DNA from: Candidatus Aeolococcus gillhamiae
GTDB lineage: Bacteria > Chloroflexota > Dormibacteria > Aeolococcales > Aeolococcaceae
Direction: 5' to 3'
Assembly (NCBI GenBank): GCA_003244045.1
Contig: QHBU01000153.1
Location: 67 to 64,066, forward strand
DNA: 64,000 bases
Position 1 is the first letter of the stretch. Each line of letters begins with the position of its first letter. The position numbers were made by a program, and so were the translations under genes. The notes under the pieces were generated by a model. It was not told the origin of the DNA, made no database searches, and saw nothing but the letters and a program-made list of their open reading frames with translations. This document shows, piece by piece, positions 41,554 through 50,018 of this stretch.

Positions 41554-43097
41554 CCCAGCCGGCCGAGCCCGAGGTCAAACACGGCCGCCGCGTCTTCCGC
41601 AACACCCTCATCACCGGCGTCGTCGGCGTTCTGTCCCTGCTGCTCAACTTCTTCGTGGTCGCCTATGCCATCGGCAAGCTGGGCGCCGACTCGTACGGGG
41701 TGTGGGTGCTTGCCCTGTCGTTCTCAGTGTCGGCCGGCTACCTGAGCATCTCGGACCTCGGTCTGCAGGCAGGGGTGGTGCGCTTCGTCGCCGACGCCGA
41801 CGGCCGCGGGCAACGCGAGCGGATCGGCGAGGTGGTCAGCTCGGCGCTGGCGGTGCTCGGCGGGATGGCGCTGGTGGCTGTCGCCGTGCTTCTGGCGTTC
41901 TCGATCGGTGCCGAACATCTCTTCCACGTGCCCGCATCGCTGCACAGCGCCCTGCGCCTGCTGCTTGTCCTGCTTGCGGCCGAAGCGCTGTTCAGCCTTC
42001 CTGGGCTTGCGTTCGTCGGCCTTCTCGAGGGCCTGCAGCGGTACGGCTGGATCAAGGCCGTCGCCCTGACCCGTCAGGTCCTCTACACGGTCCTCGTCGT
42101 GATCGTGCTCGGCACCGGGCACGACGTCGTGGCCTTCGGCGCGCTCATGGTGGGGAGCAGCATGTTCGCGGCTGTGGGGTACGCGGTCGTCAGCCGCGTG
42201 CTCTGCCCGGAGCTGCGCGTCTCGCCGCGGCTTGTGCGTGTGGTCGCGTTGCGCCCGCTGGCACGGTTCAGCGCATGGGTTTTCGTCGGCCGGGTCAACG
42301 GGGTCATCTGGGCACAGATGGACAAGGTTATCCTGGCCACGTTCGTCGGAACCTCCGTCCTGACCGGGTATGACGTGGCTGCGCGCATCCAGTCGGCCGC
42401 CGCGTACCCGCTGTCGTTCACGTCATCGGCGGTTGTGCCGGCCGCCGCCAATCTTCGTGCCATGGGGTCGACCATTCGGCTCCAGGACCTGCTGGTTCGC
42501 GGCACCCGGTACACGCTGGCGCTCGCGCTGCCGGTCACCATCGCGGCGATGATCTTGGCCAGGCCGCTCATCGTGGGATGGGTGGGCGCCGGTTACGCCG
42601 ACTTCGCGGGGCCGACACAGCTATTCCTCACGTACCAGCTGGTCGTGTGCACGGCCACCATCCCCAACACGATGCTGGTCGGCCTGGGACGCGTTCGTGC
42701 GGTCGCCGGGTACGTCACGACGGCGGTGGTCGTCAACCTGGTGATCTCCGTTGCGCTGGCTCCCCACCTGGGTATCACCGGCGTCATCATCGGCACGCTC
42801 GTGGGCTTCGGCATCACCGCGCCGCTGTACATCCGGCTTGTGCTGCGCGAGGTGTCGATGCCTCTGCGCGTTTTCCTGCGCGACGCCATCGTTCCCATCC
42901 TTCCGTGGGCGGCACTCTTCGCCGCCATGGTCGTCGTGACGGCGCACATCGCCCAACCGGGCCACCTCATCACTGTCGCCGCCTGCTGCGTCCCAGCGGG
43001 AGTCGTCTACCTGGGCGGGGTCCTCCGGTTCGCGATGAGCACCGAGGAGCGCGCCGCCCTTCTCGGATTCGTGCTTCCCTCGGGACGCAGAACCTGA
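41550..43097 (+). CDS. MOP/Wzx-type oligosaccharide flippase
   Basis: 515 aa, about 12-14 hydrophobic segments. N-terminal FRNTLITGVVGVLSLLLNFFVVAYAIGKLGADSYGVWVLA is typical of polysaccharide-biosynthesis flippases. Confidence 0.8.
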   Translation: MTQPAEPEVKHGRRVFRNTLITGVVGVLSLLLNFFVVAYAIGKLGADSYGVWVLALSFSVSAGYLSISDLGLQAGVVRFVADADGRGQRERIGEVVSSALAVLGGMALVAVAVLLAFSIGAEHLFHVPASLHSALRLLLVLLAAEALFSLPGLAFVGLLEGLQRYGWIKAVALTRQVLYTVLVVIVLGTGHDVVAFGALMVGSSMFAAVGYAVVSRVLCPELRVSPRLVRVVALRPLARFSAWVFVGRVNGVIWAQMDKVILATFVGTSVLTGYDVAARIQSAAAYPLSFTSSAVVPAAANLRAMGSTIRLQDLLVRGTRYTLALALPVTIAAMILARPLIVGWVGAGYADFAGPTQLFLTYQLVVCTATIPNTMLVGLGRVRAVAGYVTTAVVVNLVISVALAPHLGITGVIIGTLVGFGITAPLYIRLVLREVSMPLRVFLRDAIVPILPWAALFAAMVVVTAHIAQPGHLITVAACCVPAGVVYLGGVLRFAMSTEERAALLGFVLPSGRRT

Positions 43098-44452
43098 TGG
43101 GCCGCGTCCGGGTCCTGGCCATGGATCACTTCTTCGACCAGGACCTGCGTGCTCTGGAGGCGCACCCGGACCTTGATGTACGGCGGTTTCCCTATCAGCG
43201 CCTCCGTAACCCTGCGTTGCGCATCATGACCGAGGCCATCTCGGCGGGGCTGCGGGGCTACAACGACCCTCGTCTGCGGCAGCGACGACTCCGATATGCG
43301 GCTTGGCTCCGCCGCGAGGTCCGCCGGCTCTTCCTTGAGCGAGCTTTCGACGTGCTCGTACTTCCCTCCGACACCTTCTTCTACGTTCGCGCCCTACCCG
43401 TGGCGGTCCACGAGCTGGGCATCCCGGTGGTGGTCGTGCAGAAAGAGACGACCATTTCCGCGGATACCATGAAAGCTCACAGCCGCCTCACACGCGACGA
43501 AGCCCCGTTCATTGCCGACTTCATGACCGTCTGCAGCAACAGACAGCGCGAGTTCTGGCTGCGTGCCGGCGCGGACGCGTCGGTCATCGAGGTGACCGGT
43601 CAACCGCGCTTTGACGTCTACGCGTCGCGACGGTTGCGTCCGGCATCAGTGCGAAAGCGCGTGCTGTTCCTCTCGTACGAGCTGGATGCCTACGTCCCTG
43701 AAGCCGATCACGCCGCAGGCTCGGCGCGCACGTGGGAGACGCTTCGCGACGCCACGGAGTCCGTTTTGCTCGACGCAGTCCGCGCTGGCAGCTGTGATGT
43801 GGTTGTCAAGTGCCACCCTCAACAGAACTACAGAGTGGAGCGGGCGCGCCTCGCTCGCCACGCCGGCCAGGAATGGAACAGGGGCGTCTCCCTTGCCGGA
43901 CCCAACGCCGACACGCGTGACCTCATCCTCGCCTCGGACTGCGTGGTTGGCTTTCAGACCACGGCGATCTACGAGGCGGTCGCCGCCTCCCGGCCGGTGG
44001 TCTTTGCGGCGTGGGGTGAGGCCTACGACCGGTTGCGCGGCGGCCTCATCCCCTTCTATGACGCTCCGCCGGCCTGCGTGAGCAAGGCCCGATCAGCCGC
44101 CCAGCTCGCGACCCTCCTCGCGGAGAAGCAGCAGCCCCCCTCGTCGTCTGCCTGCGCTGCCTGGTACGAGGAAGCTCTGGGGTCGGTCGATGGCGGTGCC
44201 ACTGAGAGAGTCGCGGCGCGGCTACAGAAAATTGCCGCGGACTGGCGCCCCACCGCAGAGCGGCGCCTCTTGGAACGCCGCAGGCGCAGTCATGCCGTGG
44301 GCCTTCTTGTGAGATCGTTTGCGGCCGAGGCGGTGTGGACCGCGGCCGTGCCGGCCGCCCGGCTGGCGGGTCAGCAGCACCGCGTCGAAGCCCGTCGGTG
44401 CCGCGCGCGCGAAGGCCGATGGATGGCGATGACTACAATTCACGGCGGGTAG
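43097..44452 (+). CDS. GT-B-fold transferase of the capsule-synthesis (KpsC/KpsS/TagF-like) type, unassigned
   Basis: Track ORF trimmed to ATG 43097 (1-nt overlap with the flippase stop). VVVKCHPQQN (strand-HP motif) and CVVGFQTTAIYEAVAASRPVVFAAWGEAY. Confidence 0.55.
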   Translation: MGRVRVLAMDHFFDQDLRALEAHPDLDVRRFPYQRLRNPALRIMTEAISAGLRGYNDPRLRQRRLRYAAWLRREVRRLFLERAFDVLVLPSDTFFYVRALPVAVHELGIPVVVVQKETTISADTMKAHSRLTRDEAPFIADFMTVCSNRQREFWLRAGADASVIEVTGQPRFDVYASRRLRPASVRKRVLFLSYELDAYVPEADHAAGSARTWETLRDATESVLLDAVRAGSCDVVVKCHPQQNYRVERARLARHAGQEWNRGVSLAGPNADTRDLILASDCVVGFQTTAIYEAVAASRPVVFAAWGEAYDRLRGGLIPFYDAPPACVSKARSAAQLATLLAEKQQPPSSSACAAWYEEALGSVDGGATERVAARLQKIAADWRPTAERRLLERRRRSHAVGLLVRSFAAEAVWTAAVPAARLAGQQHRVEARRCRAREGRWMAMTTIHGG

Positions 44453-44475
44453 GCAACCAGCGCGGCGGAAGGGCG

Positions 44476-45330
44476 TCAGCCATGGTGCAGGCTGAATGGA
44501 CCCTCACCGTACCGCACCATGACGTATGGCTTCCCGTTTTCCGTGAGCAGGCCATCGACCTCCAGCCGAATTTTCTGAACGGCGCCCCCCGCAGCAACAA
44601 GGTCCCCCGCGGCGACGGAGACGCGAATCGCACCGTGGGCGGGTACGGATGCGGTGCGCTCGACCACCGTCCTGCTGTCCGGATGCGTGACCCAGCGAAT
44701 GGTGGTTCGACCCGCCGCAGGGCTGTGGTTCACGAGGTATGCGTCGACGCGCCGCAGGTCCTGCGCGTCGATCAACCGTTTGCTCGTCCACGGACCGCCG
44801 CGGTGCCAGCGGCTTCGAAAGGTCAGGCTGCCAAGGCGGCCGACGCCGAACGCCTCTCCGTAGTACTGGTCGATCGAGTGCACGTACGCCACGCTGCCAC
44901 CGGCGTCGTAGTACCCCATCCAGAAAGGCGACTGGGTCATGGCCCCATCCGGCCCGGACTCGACGAGCCGCTTCGCGTACGCCTCGCCCGGGTCCACGTC
45001 GACGGCGACGGTACCCAATGTGGCGGTGCTTCCCAGCTCGGCGAGTACGCCCGCGACCGGGAGTGTCAGCGAGGTGAACGGAGCCAGCTGGCGACTGACG
45101 TCCCCGAGGACTCTTCCTCCGGCATCGAACACGCGAACGTGCGCATCGACGGGCTCGGTGACGTCGGGCAGGAACATCGAATAGAAGTGGTGCAGGTGCA
45201 GCCGGCTGTGGACACCATCCTCCTCGATGAAGCAGTGCGCGTAGGCGCGGCGAGGCAGCCGGCCGCCGGGATTGGACAGCCGCCGCGCCACGACAATGCC
45301 GCGCCGGGCGAGCGATCGCGACGTGCTCAC
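44476..45330 (-). CDS. hypothetical protein (paralog B of tandem pair)
   Basis: 284 aa, coding-like and beta-rich. Shares the ..HV.VFDAGGRVLGDV.. block with the upstream gene. Ends ...GEGPFSLHHG. Confidence 0.65.
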   Translation of the reverse strand: MSTSRSLARRGIVVARRLSNPGGRLPRRAYAHCFIEEDGVHSRLHLHHFYSMFLPDVTEPVDAHVRVFDAGGRVLGDVSRQLAPFTSLTLPVAGVLAELGSTATLGTVAVDVDPGEAYAKRLVESGPDGAMTQSPFWMGYYDAGGSVAYVHSIDQYYGEAFGVGRLGSLTFRSRWHRGGPWTSKRLIDAQDLRRVDAYLVNHSPAAGRTTIRWVTHPDSRTVVERTASVPAHGAIRVSVAAGDLVAAGGAVQKIRLEVDGLLTENGKPYVMVRYGEGPFSLHHG

Positions 45331-46253
45331 GGCGCACGACCTTCAGCATGGTCGAAAAGCAGCTCGCGCACCCGCCGGTTGGCCGCCTTGCGCACGTCAC
45401 CGCCCCACCAGGGGATGTAGTACATGGGCGGCAGCGTGTGATCACAGGCCAGCCCGCCGGAGCGGTCGTTGCGTGTGATGGAGAGTGGCACCACGCTGCC
45501 CTTGTCGGAGAAGCCGACGACCATCCCGTTGCCGCCCAGCTCCACGAAGCGCTCAAAGACGCCCGCTGCACGGAGGACCCCGCGCGAGCTCACTCGTGTG
45601 AAGCCGTACGCCGGTATCCGGACGGTGTGGTTGGCAAGCCGCTCACCGTTGGCCGCGATGAATGCGAGGTCGAAGGAGATGTCCAGCTGATAGTCCGCAG
45701 ACGTCGAGATGTTGAGGAGCACCAGGTTCGTGTCCGTCTCATCATCGACGAGCAGTTTCGGTGACTGCATCAGTGTGCTCCGGGTGCCGCCGAAGCGCGG
45801 GTCGTTCATCGGAATCGACTGGTACGCAAGCCCCGCCGCGACCGACCACTCCTTCGAGTGGTATTCGATGTATTCATCCGACACTGCGACCTGGTCGAAG
45901 ATCGCGCTCAGCTCGATGTCCACGGCGTCGATGCCGACGTACCGGCCTGGGGTGAGGTGGAAGATGCCAAGCACATCCTCGCCGTCGGTGTCGATGGTGC
46001 GGCCGGGACCGACGTGGTCGTCCACCTCGACGACGGTGAACCCGCCGGGCTTGATCACCTCGAATCGGTCGACGGCGCCGAGCCGCCGCCCGCCGGCGCT
46101 GAACGCCTCGAACGACACGTGGAGATCGTCGACGAGCGGGCTCGACTCCGTAGTGCCGTTTGCAAGAGAGACCCGGGTGCGATACCCCAGTTCGCCGAGG
46201 GTGGCGAAGTAGCACATCTTGATGTACCGGGGATCGAAGCCCTTGATGAGCAC
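45327..46253 (-). CDS. hypothetical protein (paralog A of tandem pair)
   Basis: 308 aa. LHVSFEAFSAGGRRLGAVDRFEVIKPGGFTVVEV and a second similar module ISFDLAFIAANGERLANHTVRIPAYGFTRV. 4-nt overlap with the downstream paralog. Confidence 0.65.
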   Translation of the reverse strand: MLIKGFDPRYIKMCYFATLGELGYRTRVSLANGTTESSPLVDDLHVSFEAFSAGGRRLGAVDRFEVIKPGGFTVVEVDDHVGPGRTIDTDGEDVLGIFHLTPGRYVGIDAVDIELSAIFDQVAVSDEYIEYHSKEWSVAAGLAYQSIPMNDPRFGGTRSTLMQSPKLLVDDETDTNLVLLNISTSADYQLDISFDLAFIAANGERLANHTVRIPAYGFTRVSSRGVLRAAGVFERFVELGGNGMVVGFSDKGSVVPLSITRNDRSGGLACDHTLPPMYYIPWWGGDVRKAANRRVRELLFDHAEGRAP

Positions 46254-46295
46254 GAAGTCCCTCCGTGAGCGGCCCGCCGGCAGTTGGGTCGCAGT

Positions 46296-47267
46296 CTAAC
46301 CGCGGCGGTCGGCGTGGTCGGTACGGGTGCCCGGCCGGCCGCGCAAACGGAGGGCACGAAGGATCCGACCGCCCATGGTTCGGGCGTTTCGCCAGGCGCC
46401 GACCGACGCCGGTCGACCGCGAAAGGTGCGTTCGCGCTGGTAGCGGGTGACATCGATGGGCCGGCCGTCGAGGAGGCAGTCGACGGCGTCGAGCAGCAGC
46501 GGGCGCGTGGCATGCTCGCTTGTGTGGCCGCCCGAGCGCCGGGCGTCGAGTGCCACCGAGCCGCCTGCCGCAGCCCAGGCCAAGGACAGGGGTTCGACCT
46601 GCTCGCCGAAGACGCCCTCGTCGTCGCGGCACGCCTGGACGAACAGACGCGGTGGCGGCTGGGGCTCCCCCCACTCGTCGATGATCCGGCGGACCTGCCG
46701 CGTGTAGCGGTGGTTCTGGCTCGACACCGGGTCGCCGTCCGGGCAGATGAAAGCAACGTGTCGCCAGCGTCCTTGTCGTTGGGCGCACACATCGAGGTCG
46801 ACGTGTGGGCTGATCGCGACGATACCCCTGACCCCGAACTGCAGCCCGAACTTGAGTGCGGCAGTCGCTCCCATTGACGACCCCATCGTCACCGTCTCGG
46901 ACGCCGAACGAGCGGAGGACTCCATCACGGTCGTGATCACCTCGGTCACCGCGCGCTCCACGAAGAAGTCACCAGCCTCGCCGGTGTAGTACGTGCCATT
47001 GCCGTCAGCCCCGTACTCGTCGCAGACGAAGAGCCAGTCGAAGTCGACAACGTCGCCGAGCATCCGCAACCTGTGGAAGTGGCCCTGGAACGCCGCTCGA
47101 TACTGGCGGGCATCACCCCATTCGCCGAAGAAAGCGCTGAAGTGAATGACCAGGCCACGCGCTCCCGGATGGGTGACGTGCACGTAGTGCAGGACGTGCC
47201 CGGCTGCATCGCGATACTCGCGGACCTGGTCCGACCACTGCTGTCGCGTTGTGGACGTCACGGCCAC
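46296..47267 (-). CDS. alpha/beta-hydrolase-like protein
   Basis: VIHFSAFFGEWGD, then a nucleophile elbow in TMGSSMGATAALKFG (G-x-S-x-G). Confidence 0.6.
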   Translation of the reverse strand: MAVTSTTRQQWSDQVREYRDAAGHVLHYVHVTHPGARGLVIHFSAFFGEWGDARQYRAAFQGHFHRLRMLGDVVDFDWLFVCDEYGADGNGTYYTGEAGDFFVERAVTEVITTVMESSARSASETVTMGSSMGATAALKFGLQFGVRGIVAISPHVDLDVCAQRQGRWRHVAFICPDGDPVSSQNHRYTRQVRRIIDEWGEPQPPPRLFVQACRDDEGVFGEQVEPLSLAWAAAGGSVALDARRSGGHTSEHATRPLLLDAVDCLLDGRPIDVTRYQRERTFRGRPASVGAWRNARTMGGRILRALRLRGRPGTRTDHADRRG

Positions 47268-47746
47268 TCGAATACCAGGAACCCGGCATCCGCAGAGGCC
47301 ATCCGTCGAAACCCCGCGCGCGTGAATGCGCGAAGTGACACGCTGTTGTCCGGATGAACGAGCGCCCTGAGCCTGGTCACCGCACCGGTGGACAGCACGC
47401 CTGCCTGCATCGCTTGCAGGATCGCCGACCCGACGCCTCGTCCGCGCTGCCCGGCGGCGACGGCGATGGACACCGTGCCCGTGTCGTCGTCGACATCGAG
47501 GCGGACCTGGCCGACCGCGACACCGTCCTCCTCAGCGATCCAGAGGCGAGTGGCGGGGTCCCGCAGCCGTCGGGCAAGCCATGCTTCGTGCTCGTCGAGC
47601 GTCACCGCCCTGCCGCTGACGCTGAAGCGCACCGCGTCGTGGTCATTGCGCCATTGGAAGAGCAGCGCGACATCGTCAGGGCGGACCGGACGCAGCGTCA
47701 CCCGCGGGTGTTGCGCCCCGGCGTTCACCGCTCCAGATCGTCCCAC
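47258..47746 (-). CDS. pseH: GNAT N-acetyltransferase, PseH-type
   Basis: LRPVRPDDVALLFQWRNDHDAVRFS....LDEHEAWL and IAVAAGQRGRGVGSAILQA (acetyl-CoA site). Confidence 0.7.
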   Translation of the reverse strand: MGRSGAVNAGAQHPRVTLRPVRPDDVALLFQWRNDHDAVRFSVSGRAVTLDEHEAWLARRLRDPATRLWIAEEDGVAVGQVRLDVDDDTGTVSIAVAAGQRGRGVGSAILQAMQAGVLSTGAVTRLRALVHPDNSVSLRAFTRAGFRRMASADAGFLVFEWP

Positions 47747-48804
47747 TGGAGGACCTGATCGCGCACCACGTCGTGTGCCACGTGCCGTCCCACGACCTGG
47801 TCGAGCGCGTCGACCGGGATTCCGAAGCCGGGCCGCTTCACGGCGATGTCGGCAGGAGTGATCACACCGCCGGCAAGCAGGTCACGCGCGGCGACCAGGC
47901 TGCGCCGACCCAGTCGGAACATCTCGGCTTCGGCCTCGGTGACACGTTTCACGCTCGAACCGAGCGATGCCTCCGTCTCTCTGATGGCGACGACCATCGC
48001 GGCAAGCTCGTCAGGCTCGAGAGCGAAGGGATGGTCGGGCCCCTCTTGGTCGCGGCTCAGCGTGTAGTGCTTCTCGATGGCGCAGGCACCCAGCGCCACC
48101 GCGACCACGTCGGCGGTGTTGCCCATGGTGTGGTCGGACCAGCCGACCGGGATGTCGAACGCGCTACGCAACGTCTTGATCGCCAGCAGGTTGAGGTCCT
48201 CGAACCGCGGCGGATAGTTGACGGCGCAGTGCATGAGCAGGAGATCGCGCGCGCCCGCGGCCGCGGCGGTGTCGAGAGCGCGCTCGATGTCGCCGAGCGA
48301 GGCCATCCCCGTGGAGATGAGCAACGGCTTCCCGGTACGCGCTGCGTACTGGATGAGCGGCAGGTGATTCACCTCGTACGACGCGATCTTGTACGCCGGC
48401 ACCCCCAGGTCCTCGAGCAGGTCGATGGCCGCCTCCTCGAAGGGTGTCGACAGGAAGGTGATGCCTGCGCTGGCCGCGTGGCGCGCCAGATCCGCGTGCC
48501 ATTCCCAGGGGATCTCGACGCGTTTGATCAGCTCCCAAACGGATTCGCGCTCTCCCACTAGGCCCTTGTCCTTCAGGTAGCTCATCTCCGGCGTCTGCCG
48601 CGAGTACAGGCCTTCGGCGGTGTACGTCTGGAACTTGACGGCGTCCGCCCCCGCTTCTGCGGCGACGTCGATGAGACGCAACGCGGTGTCGAGGTCGCGG
48701 TTGTGGTTCGACCCGGCCTCGGCGATGACGTAGCAGGGATGCCCGGGCCCAACCGCACGATCGCCGATGCGGAACTCAGGGCTGCCGTAGACGCGCGCGC
48801 TCAC
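47725..48804 (-). CDS. pseI: NeuB-family nonulosonic acid synthase, PseI-type
   Basis: FRIGDRAVGPGHPCYVIAEAGSNHNRDLDTALRLIDVAAEAGADAVKFQTY with a C-terminal SAF-like domain. Track ORF (to 49014) trimmed to the in-frame GTG at 48804. ATG 48927 is an alternative start. Confidence 0.85.
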   Translation of the reverse strand: MSARVYGSPEFRIGDRAVGPGHPCYVIAEAGSNHNRDLDTALRLIDVAAEAGADAVKFQTYTAEGLYSRQTPEMSYLKDKGLVGERESVWELIKRVEIPWEWHADLARHAASAGITFLSTPFEEAAIDLLEDLGVPAYKIASYEVNHLPLIQYAARTGKPLLISTGMASLGDIERALDTAAAAGARDLLLMHCAVNYPPRFEDLNLLAIKTLRSAFDIPVGWSDHTMGNTADVVAVALGACAIEKHYTLSRDQEGPDHPFALEPDELAAMVVAIRETEASLGSSVKRVTEAEAEMFRLGRRSLVAARDLLAGGVITPADIAVKRPGFGIPVDALDQVVGRHVAHDVVRDQVLQWDDLER

Positions 48805-48950
48805 TATGGCGTGGTGCCGGCGAGCGCCTGGGGTTCGGACACGTTGCCGATGGTATATGGGCCGGGCCGGCGTCGTTGCGTCGGGCAGTTCGACCGGGTG
48901 ATCAGCTTCTGGCCGCCTGTCTCCCATGAGGTCCTGGAGCAATTCCGGGT

Positions 48951-50018
48951 TTACGTCGCGTATCGCTCGATCCTTGACCCCATGGCACGTCGATATGCCT
49001 CTTTCGAGAACCACTTCTCACGCACCATCAGTGGCACGGTTCCCCCACCGAACCCGCGCTTGAAGCGTGCGATGCCCAACTGCTTGTCCGACGGCACGTC
49101 GTGCGGAAGCGGCCCGAACTGCTGGAGGCCCAGCTCGTAGCGACGAAAGCCACGCGCCTTCAGCCAGTCGATCGCGGCGGCGTGGAGGACGTGGCCGATC
49201 GGTTCTGCGGCGTGGTCGGGGTGGTTGGCGGCGGACGCGTAGTACGCCGCGCCCGCGTGGAGGATAAGGTAGGTGAATCCCACCGCGGCGTCGCCTCTCA
49301 CCGCCTTCACGAGCGCAGCAGCTCCGGTGGTGAGCCATGACTCCATCAGTCGGAACGTCTCGTCCGGCCGGGTCACCCGGCCGGCAGCGAGCGCGTGCAT
49401 CGCCCGATACGCCGGGAAATCGGCGATGGCCTGCTCGCCCGTGGTCACGCTCGTGTCGAGCACCCGCCGACCGCGGGTGACGTCGGCGCGATGACCCTTG
49501 GTCATCGACGTTCGGAGGGTCTGCGCGTCCACGTCGAGGTCGATCACCTGCGACGAGAGGCTGACATCCGTGTAGCCGGCCCGGGTCGTGGCTGCAATGA
49601 ACACGGGCAGGTGATCCCGCCAGCCCGCCGCCAGCGGGCTGAGCTTCAGTGCGACGGAATCGACCCCGTGCTGTTCGGCCAGCTCGTCGACGTGATGCAG
49701 GGCGGCGCGGAGCGCGGCGTCACCCTGTGACGGATCGAGTGTGGCGGCGACAGCAGGTGACCAGCACGCGTCGCCGCCAAACGAGAAGCGCTGACCGTCG
49801 TAGTGCTCCGCGGCCTTCTCGACCATCAGCGGTACGAGCGCGAGCGGTTGCGTGCCCTCGACCACCGCGAAGGCCAAGCTGCGACTCGCCAACGCCGGTC
49901 GGTACGCGAGTGTGTAGTCTCGCCAAGCGGTGGTGTGCCAGAACCAGGCGCCGCTCGCGTCCTGGCACAGACGGTCCCACTCCCGGTCTCCGAGCTCCGC
50001 GGCCGCGACGACGTCCAC
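48951..50018 (-). CDS. FemAB-like (GNAT-fold, aminoacyl-transferase-type) protein
   Basis: WDRLCQDASGAWFWHTTAWRDY at the N-terminus, and AAYYASAANHPD...IGHVLHAAAIDWLKARGFRRYELG in the second GNAT lobe. This is the FemAB / lipid II:glycine glycyltransferase-like layout. Confidence 0.7.
   Translation of the reverse strand: MDVVAAAELGDREWDRLCQDASGAWFWHTTAWRDYTLAYRPALASRSLAFAVVEGTQPLALVPLMVEKAAEHYDGQRFSFGGDACWSPAVAATLDPSQGDAALRAALHHVDELAEQHGVDSVALKLSPLAAGWRDHLPVFIAATTRAGYTDVSLSSQVIDLDVDAQTLRTSMTKGHRADVTRGRRVLDTSVTTGEQAIADFPAYRAMHALAAGRVTRPDETFRLMESWLTTGAAALVKAVRGDAAVGFTYLILHAGAAYYASAANHPDHAAEPIGHVLHAAAIDWLKARGFRRYELGLQQFGPLPHDVPSDKQLGIARFKRGFGGGTVPLMVREKWFSKEAYRRAMGSRIERYAT

Noticed and set aside
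48805-49014. 70-aa N-terminal extension of the PseI-type synthase
   Set aside because: NeuB-family proteins start about 10 residues before the I..G....P.FIIAE.G.NH motif. The extension would overlap the upstream FemAB-like gene by 64 nt. ATG 48927 is kept as an alternative start.
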